A DNA stretch of 33,521 nucleotides. It comes from an uncultured Bacillales bacterium. Lineage in GTDB: Bacteria > Bacillota_I > Bacilli_A > RFN20 > CAG-826. The stretch is taken from positions 1 through 33,521 of the forward strand of contig CAMOSZ010000110.1 of assembly GCA_946625285.1 (NCBI GenBank). The letters are read 5' to 3'. A model generated the notes under the pieces. The model saw only the letters and a list, made by a program, of their open reading frames with translations, had not been told where the DNA came from and made no database searches. The position numbers and the translations under genes are program-made. This document shows positions 1 through 8,300 of this stretch, one piece after another (within the stretch, counting starts at the first letter, position 1; every line of letters begins with the position of its first letter).

Positions 1-95
1 TAAAGGATATTCATGGTCTCTAAAATCATCGGATCTGAATCAAGAACCGTTCCATCTAAATCGAAAAGAATAACTTCGTATTTTTTATTCTTCAT
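1..95 (-). CDS. HAD-superfamily hydrolase (PpaX/phosphoglycolate phosphatase-like), N-terminal part; runs off the window edge
   Basis: Not in the ORF track. Manual minus-strand translation from ATG at 95 gives MKNKKYEVILFDLDGTVLDSDPMILETMNIL, containing HAD motif I (FDLDGT). Its start overlaps the end of lgt. Confidence 0.85.
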   Translation of the reverse strand, partial: MKNKKYEVILFDLDGTVLDSDPMILETMNIL

Positions 96-1656
96 TGGTT
101 TTCTCTTTTCTAAATCCTTGAGCGATATAAATCGCTGAACAAACAAGCATAAGCAAAACACTTAATCCGACAATTAAAAGGATGAATCCATTATTAAATT
201 TATTAAATTCAAGGGAATTTGATTGAACATTTGTTCCCATAAAAACGCTCCCTAAAATAACTAAGGTTAAACCAACCACCAATAAAGTACCTGCTACACC
301 AAAGGAAAAAGGTTTATTAACATTAGCGATAAGAGGTTCTTTCTTTTTCAAGCGGATAATATGTCTCACTGCATGGTTTAACGCGATAGCAAATGCTCCA
401 CCTAAAACAAAGACGATAGACCACATCCAGCTATAATAACCATCATTACCCATGTTATAAGCACTAAATCTAAGTGGTTCTAAGACAACACGAGTCATGC
501 CGTACCAAATAATGTAAGATGCTGATAAATCACCAAGTTCGAGATATTTTCTTAATCCTTTTCCAATGGCAAATCTAATTAAGAAATATCCGGTTAAGTT
601 ACTAAGGCATTCTATAAAGAATAATGGAACATAGATTTTTCCTTCGGGTGCCCAGCCTCCGCTTTCAGAGAATGCCGCATTATTAGCGATAATCTTTGGT
701 AAGAACCACCATTCAGAAGCGTTAACTAAGTTACCGTGAACTTCACAGTTAAAGAAGTTACCCCATCTGCCAACTGCTTGGGCAACTAAAATACATGGAA
801 TAATTACGTCCATTGCAATCCAGATAGAGTATTTTCTATTTCTCCAGATAAACCAAATGACACCGATAATGATGCCACCTAAGGCACCAGAAATAACAGT
901 GAGCCCACCTTCCCAAGCAGCGAAGATTGACCACCACTCTCCATTAGCAACTCTTTCAGCGAATCCTCCGTGTTCCCATTCTCCAATAACATATCCAAGT
1001 CGAGCAAAGACAATGCCAGCAGGGAAAGCAACGAATAAAGTGGATTCTAAGATGCCATGTTTTCCATATTCAACATAAAATCTATGGTCACAAATCGCGT
1101 AGACTAATAAAGCACCACCTAAGATACAAATTGCGTACCACGCTAAATTAGGTTTATTAGATGCTCCCATAGCAGGAGTAACAAATCCTTTTGAGAAATT
1201 AATGCCATTCACTAAAGGATAAGCAAGATAATCAGCAATTCCATTGGTGAGTAGCCATAAGCCAATAAAGAAAACAATTCCACTTGCGATAATGGTGATA
1301 AATAATCCTTTATCAATCTTTGATTCAATTTCCTTACCGTAATAATGAAGAATAAAAGACAAAGTAAATGTTGGGGTTGCTAATCCAAATATTAAAGAAC
1401 CAAAGATTAAAGATGCCCAATCTCCTGCATTAAGTGGATAAAGTTGATACATCGCTAAAAAGACAAAGATTAAAACTGTTGAAATCCCAATAGCGCCAAC
1501 TAGATAGATAAACATTTTTATCTCTTGAGGATAATTAATTGTTTTTGGCATTGGGAATTTCACTACTTTGATTGCTTTATAAATTGCAAAACCAAAAATG
1601 CCCAATACAGCGATAATGAAGATAATCATAAAGATTAAAGGCACCATATTATTCAC
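85..1656 (-). CDS. lgt: Prolipoprotein diacylglyceryl transferase with extra N- and C-terminal membrane segments
   Basis: Lgt motifs WYAICILGG, WEGGL, AQAVGRWGNFFNCEVHG and YIIWYGMTRVVLEPLR; 523 aa, highly hydrophobic. Confidence 0.9.
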   Translation of the reverse strand: MNNMVPLIFMIIFIIAVLGIFGFAIYKAIKVVKFPMPKTINYPQEIKMFIYLVGAIGISTVLIFVFLAMYQLYPLNAGDWASLIFGSLIFGLATPTFTLSFILHYYGKEIESKIDKGLFITIIASGIVFFIGLWLLTNGIADYLAYPLVNGINFSKGFVTPAMGASNKPNLAWYAICILGGALLVYAICDHRFYVEYGKHGILESTLFVAFPAGIVFARLGYVIGEWEHGGFAERVANGEWWSIFAAWEGGLTVISGALGGIIIGVIWFIWRNRKYSIWIAMDVIIPCILVAQAVGRWGNFFNCEVHGNLVNASEWWFLPKIIANNAAFSESGGWAPEGKIYVPLFFIECLSNLTGYFLIRFAIGKGLRKYLELGDLSASYIIWYGMTRVVLEPLRFSAYNMGNDGYYSWMWSIVFVLGGAFAIALNHAVRHIIRLKKKEPLIANVNKPFSFGVAGTLLVVGLTLVILGSVFMGTNVQSNSLEFNKFNNGFILLIVGLSVLLMLVCSAIYIAQGFRKEKTNEE

Positions 1657-4474
1657 CTAAAACTTTCTTTAAATATTGGCCAGTATAACTGACTTTACTC
1701 TTACTAATTTGTTCTGGAGTTCCAGTAGCGATGACTTTGCCACCTCTATCTCCTCCATCAGGACCGATATCAATGATGTAATCTGCAACTTTAATAACGT
1801 CTAAGTTATGTTCAATAACTAAAACAGTGTCTCCGTGATCAACAATTCTTTGTAACACTGCGATTAATTGCTTAACATCATGAGAATGCAAACCAGTAGT
1901 TGGTTCATCTAAGATATATAAAGTTTTTCCTGTTGGTTTTCTTTGAAGCTCATAAGCGAGCTTAACTCTTTGAGCTTCTCCTCCAGAAAGAGTGGTTGCT
2001 GGTTGACCAATTTTGATATAACCAAGTCCCACATCATATAGAGTTTGAATTTTATGTTTAATTTTTGGATGGTTGCTAAAGAACTCTAAAGCGTCTTCAA
2101 CAGTCATCTCTAAAACTTCATAAATGTTTTTACCTTTGTAAGTGACTTGTAAGGTTTCTTCGTTATATCTTTTTCCGTTACATGCATCACACTTAACATA
2201 GACATCTGGTAAGAAGTTCATCGGAACACGGGTTACACCTGCTCCTTCACATTTTTCACATCTTCCACCAGTGACATTAAAGGAGAATCTTCCTTTATCA
2301 AAGCCTCTCGCTTTTGCCTCTACCGTATTAGCGAATAAATCTCTAATTTCATCAAATAGTTTGATGTATGTAGCAGGGTTACTTCTAGGAGTTCTTCCAA
2401 TTGGTTCTTGAGAAACATTAATTACTTTATCGATATATTCTTGTCCGTTCATAGACTTAACTGGTCCAGGGAATACTTCTTTACCAGTAAAATATTTAAC
2501 GAGTTGTAAATATAATGTTTGATTCACTAATGAGGATTTACCGCTTCCAGAAACTCCCGTAACCGCAATAAAAGTGCCAAGTGGGAACTTAACATTAATA
2601 TTTTTTAAGTTATTAACTTTTGCCCCATTTATCTCTAAGAACTTGCCGTTTCCTTTTCTTCTAGTTTTAGGAACGTCAATCTTTTTCCTACCAGTTAAGT
2701 AATCACTAGTAAGACTATTTTCACATTTAAGTAATCCAGGAACATCACCCGCGTAGACAATTTCTCCTCCGTGGATACCTGCTCTTGGACCAATATCAAC
2801 AACATAATCTGCTTGTCTAATGGTTTCTTCATCGTGTTCAACAACCACAAGAGTGTTACCGATATCTCTCATTTTCTTTAAAGATTCAATTAATCTTTCG
2901 TCATCTTTTTGATGTAGACCAATACTAGGTTCATCCAAAACATACATAATGCCAGTTAATTTAGAACCGATTTGAGTAGCGAGTCTAATTCTTTGACTTT
3001 CTCCTCCTGAAAGAGTCATCGCCATACGGGATAAAGTTAAATAGTCTAATCCGACATCGCATAAGAAAGAAACGCGAGATTCGATTTCTCTAATAACCAT
3101 ATTCGCGATAGTTAAATCATTATCTTTGAGTTTAGACGATAATGAAGAAATCCAAGTTTTAAGTTCTCCTAGTTGTAAGCAAGTAACGTCATAAATGTTC
3201 TTACCATCAATTAAGACACTTAAAGCTTCTTTATTAAGTCTCATTCCTTTACAAGTAGTACAGGTTGTGTCTCTCATGAATTTCTCATAATAGTCTCTCA
3301 TCCAATCACTACTAGTTTCTTGATAAAGTCGCTCAATTTTGGTTTTAACTCCTTCAATATAACCAACGCGGTTCATCGTGTTACCACTGCTGCTGCGTAA
3401 TGTATATTTTTGGATATCAGGAGATCCATAGAATAGGATTTGTTTTTGTTTATCAGTGAGTTCTTCAAAAGGAACATCAATAGAAATCTTATATAAATCA
3501 CAAAGGAGTTTGAATTCTTGCCATTCAAGGTTTTGAGTACCAACGACATTCTTATAATATTCAAGAGCCCCTTTAGAAATAGATAATTTTGGATTTGGGA
3601 CTAATAGTTCAGGAGCAGCTTCTCGCTTAATTCCTAAACCTTTACAATCAGGACAGAATCCCATAGGAGCGTTAAAAGAGAATAATCTTGGCTCTAATTT
3701 TGGGACTGAAAAACCACATATTGGACAGGTATGACGATCAGAAAGCACTTTTTCTTCAATGCCAGAATAAATAACTAAAAGTCCTTTAGACCAATCTAAT
3801 GCAGTTTCAATTGATTCATATATTCTCGCTCTATTTTCTGGTTTAACAACAATACGATCAACCACAATATCAATAGAGTGTTTATTATTTTTTTCTAGTG
3901 GCTTAACATCTTCAATTAAGGTAAAAACTCCATCCACTCTTAAACGAACAAATCCATTTGCTCTAATTTTATCTAGTAGTTCTTTATGAGTTCCTTTTTC
4001 CGCATGAACAATTGGAGAAAGGAGTTGAATCTTAGTTCCTTCTGGATAGGAAAGAACGATATCAGTCATATTAGAAGGGCTAAATGAAATAATTGGAGTG
4101 TGATGAGTTGGGCAATATGGCACTCCCACTCTACCAAATAGAAGTCTTAAATAATCATAAATCTCAGTGACAGTACCAACTGTACTTCTTGGATTATGAG
4201 AGACTGATTTTTGATCGATAGCAATTGATGGAGCAAGTCCTTCAATAACATCAACATCAGGTTTTTCATAGTTGCCTAAAAATTGTCGAGCATAACTAGA
4301 AAGAGATTCCATGTATCTTCTTTGACCTTCAGCGAATAAAGTATCGAACGCTAAAGTGGATTTACCACTTCCAGAAAGACCAGTAAAAACTACCAGTGAT
4401 TCTTTTGGAATGGTCACCGAAACATTTTTTAAGTTATTTTCTCTTGCACCTTTAATGGTGATGTTCTTTTCCAT
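1649..4474 (-). CDS. uvrA: Excinuclease ABC subunit A
   Basis: GARENNLKN start, two Walker A motifs (GLSGSGKS, GVSGSGKS), two LSGGE signatures, CxxC zinc fingers; 941 aa. Confidence 0.98.
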   Translation of the reverse strand: MEKNITIKGARENNLKNVSVTIPKESLVVFTGLSGSGKSTLAFDTLFAEGQRRYMESLSSYARQFLGNYEKPDVDVIEGLAPSIAIDQKSVSHNPRSTVGTVTEIYDYLRLLFGRVGVPYCPTHHTPIISFSPSNMTDIVLSYPEGTKIQLLSPIVHAEKGTHKELLDKIRANGFVRLRVDGVFTLIEDVKPLEKNNKHSIDIVVDRIVVKPENRARIYESIETALDWSKGLLVIYSGIEEKVLSDRHTCPICGFSVPKLEPRLFSFNAPMGFCPDCKGLGIKREAAPELLVPNPKLSISKGALEYYKNVVGTQNLEWQEFKLLCDLYKISIDVPFEELTDKQKQILFYGSPDIQKYTLRSSSGNTMNRVGYIEGVKTKIERLYQETSSDWMRDYYEKFMRDTTCTTCKGMRLNKEALSVLIDGKNIYDVTCLQLGELKTWISSLSSKLKDNDLTIANMVIREIESRVSFLCDVGLDYLTLSRMAMTLSGGESQRIRLATQIGSKLTGIMYVLDEPSIGLHQKDDERLIESLKKMRDIGNTLVVVEHDEETIRQADYVVDIGPRAGIHGGEIVYAGDVPGLLKCENSLTSDYLTGRKKIDVPKTRRKGNGKFLEINGAKVNNLKNINVKFPLGTFIAVTGVSGSGKSSLVNQTLYLQLVKYFTGKEVFPGPVKSMNGQEYIDKVINVSQEPIGRTPRSNPATYIKLFDEIRDLFANTVEAKARGFDKGRFSFNVTGGRCEKCEGAGVTRVPMNFLPDVYVKCDACNGKRYNEETLQVTYKGKNIYEVLEMTVEDALEFFSNHPKIKHKIQTLYDVGLGYIKIGQPATTLSGGEAQRVKLAYELQRKPTGKTLYILDEPTTGLHSHDVKQLIAVLQRIVDHGDTVLVIEHNLDVIKVADYIIDIGPDGGDRGGKVIATGTPEQISKSKVSYTGQYLKKVLGE

Positions 4475-4542
4475 AAGTGTATTTATTTTACATGAATAAA
4501 ATAAAACTTTCTACACATATGAGTGTATTTCTTTAAAAGTAT

Positions 4543-4572
4543 AAAAAAGCCAAACTTTTTTACTCGTTTGGC
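4543..4572 (-). terminator. Intrinsic terminator after the P-loop kinase gene
   Basis: GCCAAAC (4549-4555) / GTTTGGC (4566-4572) stem, followed by T6 on the minus strand. Confidence 0.7.
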
Positions 4573-4584
4573 CTAATTAATTTG

Positions 4585-5112
4585 TTATTGAGGTAATTCT
4601 TCACTACTTCCTGATAGTCCAAGTTCTTGAATAACTGGGGCAATATCATTAGATGTTACCATAATGATTTTATCAAAGAATTTTTCATCATCTTCCGTAG
4701 GAAGTTCTAAGATTTGATAAAATCTTTCTAAAACATCTGGGGCAATTGGATATTCTCTTTGAAGATTTTGATTAGCAACAACTTGTTTATCGATATTCCA
4801 CATGACTAAGTCAACTTCTTCAAACAAATGTTTGAGTTTCTTATTACGGTCCACTCTCATTTTCTTAGAGACGTGAGTAGCGTCTAATATGACAACTCCT
4901 TCTTTGTCTAAAGAATATGTTTTGGCGAGGGAAAAGAAAATCTTCCACATTAATTCATCTTCATTGAGATTAGATTGTCGACCAGTGATTTCTCTTCTTA
5001 ATTCGTCACTGCTCACAATATAAACGTGAGACTCTTTAATTTTCTTAATAGTCTTACAGAAATATGATTTTCCAGAACCTGGAACACCTGATAATACGAT
5101 TAATTTGCTCAT
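4585..5112 (-). CDS. P-loop kinase, AAA_33 / polynucleotide-kinase-like
   Basis: LIVLSGVPGSGKS Walker A at the N-terminus, plus SSDELR and VILDATH motifs typical of the Pnkp-kinase/AAA_33 family. Start placed at MSKL (5112) just downstream of TGcTATATT. Confidence 0.8.
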   Translation of the reverse strand: MSKLIVLSGVPGSGKSYFCKTIKKIKESHVYIVSSDELRREITGRQSNLNEDELMWKIFFSLAKTYSLDKEGVVILDATHVSKKMRVDRNKKLKHLFEEVDLVMWNIDKQVVANQNLQREYPIAPDVLERFYQILELPTEDDEKFFDKIIMVTSNDIAPVIQELGLSGSSEELPQ

Positions 5113-5141
5113 ATGCAATAAATATAGCAAACTTTATTTTT

Positions 5142-5172
5142 AAAATAAAGAAAGGGATTGATAAACAATCCC
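5142..5172 (-). terminator. Intrinsic terminator after the S41 peptidase gene
   Basis: GGGATTG (5154-5160) / CAATCCC (5166-5172) stem, followed by TTTCTTTATTTT on the minus strand. Confidence 0.7.
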
Positions 5173-5194
5173 CTAGTCTAATTATTTTGTCTTT

Positions 5195-7696
5195 TTAGCT
5201 ATGAATAATGTTATAGATATAAGCATTATCGTAGAAATGTTCAGTTCCAATAGCGATATCTGGCTCTAATCCATTTTCGTAACAAACAAATCTATTGTTA
5301 ACGTTATCATATCCACCCATTCTCGCTAGAGAAGAGTTTCTGAAGATTGTTCCAACCGCACTTACGAAGTCACCAACAATGCATGTTCCTCCACCAGTTC
5401 TTTCTCCGATAAGAGTGGCAAGTCCTAAATAGTTAAGATAAGTTGGGAAAGCATTACCACATGAGAAGGAAGAAGTTGAAGTCATACAATAATAATTGTA
5501 ATTAGTGTAAGAATCATTTCCGTAAACATTGTCATAGTTCAAATCACAGTTATAGAAAACTTCAAATGTTTCATGAGTGCTACCATAATCAAAAACCATG
5601 CTAGGGTGTTCGCTTAAGAACGTAAGTAAGAATGGGATACAGTTCACCACTCCTCCAGTATTACAAGAAAGATCAAAAACGACATTTTGAATTGCGTTAT
5701 TGGAAGATATTTCATCAAATGCTTTCTTAAAGAATAGCTTTGTATCTAGTTCATGAAGGTCTTCGTAAGAATAGCTTTGATAATCAACAGTAGCAGAATC
5801 AGTGCCCCAAAGCATATTGAAAGCATCAAATCTAATAAATGCGGTATCTTGATAACAATCTACTCCAATGCCTTTGCCGCTATCACTTCTTTGAGTAGAA
5901 AGCGTTGTATTCTTTCCAATTACTCTTGTGTAATAATCGTTACTATATACACCTTCACGATAAATATTTGATGCTTCTTCTCTTAAAGCATCATCTCTAT
6001 AGTAAGGCTCTAAGCTTAATAATCCTGCATGGCATTCAAATAGCCATTCTCCACTGAAATGGGCAATTGTTTTTGAAAAAGTTATAGGATCTGAAGACAT
6101 AAATCCTTCTTTATAACCAAGATTAGTGAGTAATAAGTCAATATCAGTAATACCTCTAGTCTCAAATAATCCATAGTTATTCTTTAAAGAATAAAGAAGT
6201 GAATTATATGTATAGTCAATCATCTCTTGGCTTCTAACATAATTCTCATTATTCCATGGGCTATTGGTATAGTATTCATCTTTATATGTTTCTTCGCTGT
6301 AAATTGATGAAGCAAGATAACAATCTTTTCCGTTATATGCAAGTGCACCAAAATATTCAGTGCAGAAAATGTCCGCTAAAGGAGTAAGAGGCGCATAGGT
6401 CCTATTATATTCATCTTTGATGATATCTAAATTGAATTCACCAAGGTCATAAGTTATTTCAATATCTCTAGAATGATAGATTCGGCTTCTTGAAGTATCG
6501 ATTTCAATATGATTTTGATCTCCATAAAGAGAAAGCTTTCCTAAATGAGCACCATTAATTAAACCAGCGTTACAATTAAAACTTCCTGAGATATCTCCAA
6601 CAGTAACTGTGTCATTTATTGTATCAACGATGATATAGCCTTTATTACTATTACGAGAATCATAATATATTTTCCCAGGTTCTCCATCTACTGGGCTAGC
6701 ACCTCTAATTAAATTATTTGTGGTGTGATTGGCGGTATTTCTCGCATTAAAGAATTCACCAACTTCAACATAAGGAACATCGTTTTTGTTGACTATGTTA
6801 TAAATAGAGAAAGTAGAAGTATATCCTTCACCAAGAATCATTCTTGTCGATGTTCTATTAGTGATGACGTTCGTATCGTAATTATATAAATCAGTAATTT
6901 CAACATCATCACTATTACGGATAATAATTGACCATTTATTGTCTAAATTACTTAAGTTACCAGTAACATTAATAAGTTTGTTACTATTTTTAGCTTGGTA
7001 GATTTTATCGTGGATATCTGTGATATCTAAGTCCGCTAAAATGTTTATGGCTTCATAAGCATATAAAGGTGGATCATATATAAATCCGCTAGCGAATTCA
7101 TATCCACCTAAACTTGTGGTTATTCCTTCATCAAAATTATCAGGAATGACTCCATTAACTTTAATGAGTCTTGAATTCGCATATTTATCATTATTGCAGT
7201 AGGTAGAAGTTCCTAATCCATTTGTTTTTAAATCACTAACCCCTTCATACACTACTGGTTCATATCCTGTTGGATTAGTTTCATAAGCAACTGTAATAGT
7301 AGGGTTAATTACTTGAGGAACATTACCTACTACTCCAATTTCTCCTCCACTAACATCAACGACATTGCCAACATTAAAAGAATCAGATACATCACTAATC
7401 ATAATCGCATCTAATTTACGAGTATTTTGATTCACTCTTTGAACAAAGATGTAATCACTATGAACTGCAGTTACTGTTCCTCTAAAGCTATAAGGACTAT
7501 CTATTGTTGAAGATGAAGCACTACTATAGATTTCATCAACAATGTCAGAAATCTCTCTCATTTCACTTGGAAGTTCACAGCTATAGTCTTTATTTGCTAA
7601 AAGCCTTAGGGTGTGTAGTCCACTAGTGACAACGACTCCAATCCCTAAACTAAATGTTAGTCCGATAGAAGTAATAAGTAATGATTTCTTTTTCAT
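5195..7696 (-). CDS. Secreted S41-family peptidase with N-terminal OB-fold-like region
   Basis: Signal-like N-terminus. The C-terminal part has S41-type motifs IRFDAF, VVFDLSCNTGG, SFSCGNAFP, LIGERTGGG and GLEPDI. The N-terminal part (RGTVTAVHSDYIFVQ...FNVGNVVDVSG) resembles extracellular OB folds. Confidence 0.75.
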   Translation of the reverse strand: MKKKSLLITSIGLTFSLGIGVVVTSGLHTLRLLANKDYSCELPSEMREISDIVDEIYSSASSSTIDSPYSFRGTVTAVHSDYIFVQRVNQNTRKLDAIMISDVSDSFNVGNVVDVSGGEIGVVGNVPQVINPTITVAYETNPTGYEPVVYEGVSDLKTNGLGTSTYCNNDKYANSRLIKVNGVIPDNFDEGITTSLGGYEFASGFIYDPPLYAYEAINILADLDITDIHDKIYQAKNSNKLINVTGNLSNLDNKWSIIIRNSDDVEITDLYNYDTNVITNRTSTRMILGEGYTSTFSIYNIVNKNDVPYVEVGEFFNARNTANHTTNNLIRGASPVDGEPGKIYYDSRNSNKGYIIVDTINDTVTVGDISGSFNCNAGLINGAHLGKLSLYGDQNHIEIDTSRSRIYHSRDIEITYDLGEFNLDIIKDEYNRTYAPLTPLADIFCTEYFGALAYNGKDCYLASSIYSEETYKDEYYTNSPWNNENYVRSQEMIDYTYNSLLYSLKNNYGLFETRGITDIDLLLTNLGYKEGFMSSDPITFSKTIAHFSGEWLFECHAGLLSLEPYYRDDALREEASNIYREGVYSNDYYTRVIGKNTTLSTQRSDSGKGIGVDCYQDTAFIRFDAFNMLWGTDSATVDYQSYSYEDLHELDTKLFFKKAFDEISSNNAIQNVVFDLSCNTGGVVNCIPFLLTFLSEHPSMVFDYGSTHETFEVFYNCDLNYDNVYGNDSYTNYNYYCMTSTSSFSCGNAFPTYLNYLGLATLIGERTGGGTCIVGDFVSAVGTIFRNSSLARMGGYDNVNNRFVCYENGLEPDIAIGTEHFYDNAYIYNIIHS

Positions 7697-7737
7697 AATT
7701 ATTTTTTATTTTACCATGCGCTCATACGTCATCACAC

Positions 7738-7765
7738 AAAAAAAGACACGCATAGGCGTGTCTTT
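7738..7765 (-). terminator. Intrinsic terminator after the 137-aa hypothetical gene
   Basis: Perfect 10-bp stem AAAGACACGC (7742-7751) / GCGTGTCTTT (7756-7765), 4-nt loop, T-run on the minus strand. Confidence 0.85.
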
Positions 7766-7785
7766 AATTGTAAATCTTTGATTTA

Positions 7786-8199
7786 TTAGGCGAGTAATTC
7801 TTCTTTAAGTTGAGCAACAACTTCGCGACGGTTCGCTAATTGGTCTTCACTTAATCTAGAAACTTTAGCTTTAGCAGCTTCGATTTCTTCTGGAGTAACT
7901 TCACCGACTTTTAAGACTGCTTTTTCAGCTTTCTTATAGTCTTTCTTTAAGATTTTTAATAATTGTTCGTTTTGCTTACGAATTTCAATCTTTTGTTTCA
8001 CCACATTTAAGTAGCTTTCTGGAACATAGGAAGAAATGATTCTAGATCCTTCTCTCCATTGGCGGTAAAAATATTGGTGACCAGAGATTGTCTTGACTGA
8101 AATGTAGCCTCTTGGAAGGGAATCAATAACCTTCTCAATGAGAGAGACCTCGATAAGGGACTCAATGAGGACTTCAACTTGTCTTTCACTTTTTTTCAT
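7786..8199 (-). CDS. Small basic hypothetical protein, possibly nucleic-acid binding
   Basis: Likely start MKKSERQ (8199) with GGTAGG upstream. Core LPRGYISVKTISGHQYFYRQWREG...YV followed by a K/E-rich coiled coil. No function recognised. Confidence 0.65.
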   Translation of the reverse strand: MKKSERQVEVLIESLIEVSLIEKVIDSLPRGYISVKTISGHQYFYRQWREGSRIISSYVPESYLNVVKQKIEIRKQNEQLLKILKKDYKKAEKAVLKVGEVTPEEIEAAKAKVSRLSEDQLANRREVVAQLKEELLA

Positions 8200-8300
8200 A
8201 TTTTTTACTAACCTACCGATTTCTATTATCCTTGTTTGCAGCAAACTCTTTCTGGCCAGAGTTTATCACAACAGCGTTGTTATTTTATAGGATAATTTTA

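Noticed and set aside
4585-5112. Kinase as part of a Pnkp/Hen1 RNA-repair or defence system
   Set aside because: No phosphatase, ligase or Hen1 partner nearby, and the gene is bounded by terminators on both sides.
8225-8296. SRP RNA, 6S RNA or a known riboswitch
   Set aside because: Lacks the SRP helix-8 consensus, is too short for 6S, and matches no riboswitch consensus I recognise; retained only as an unknown structure.
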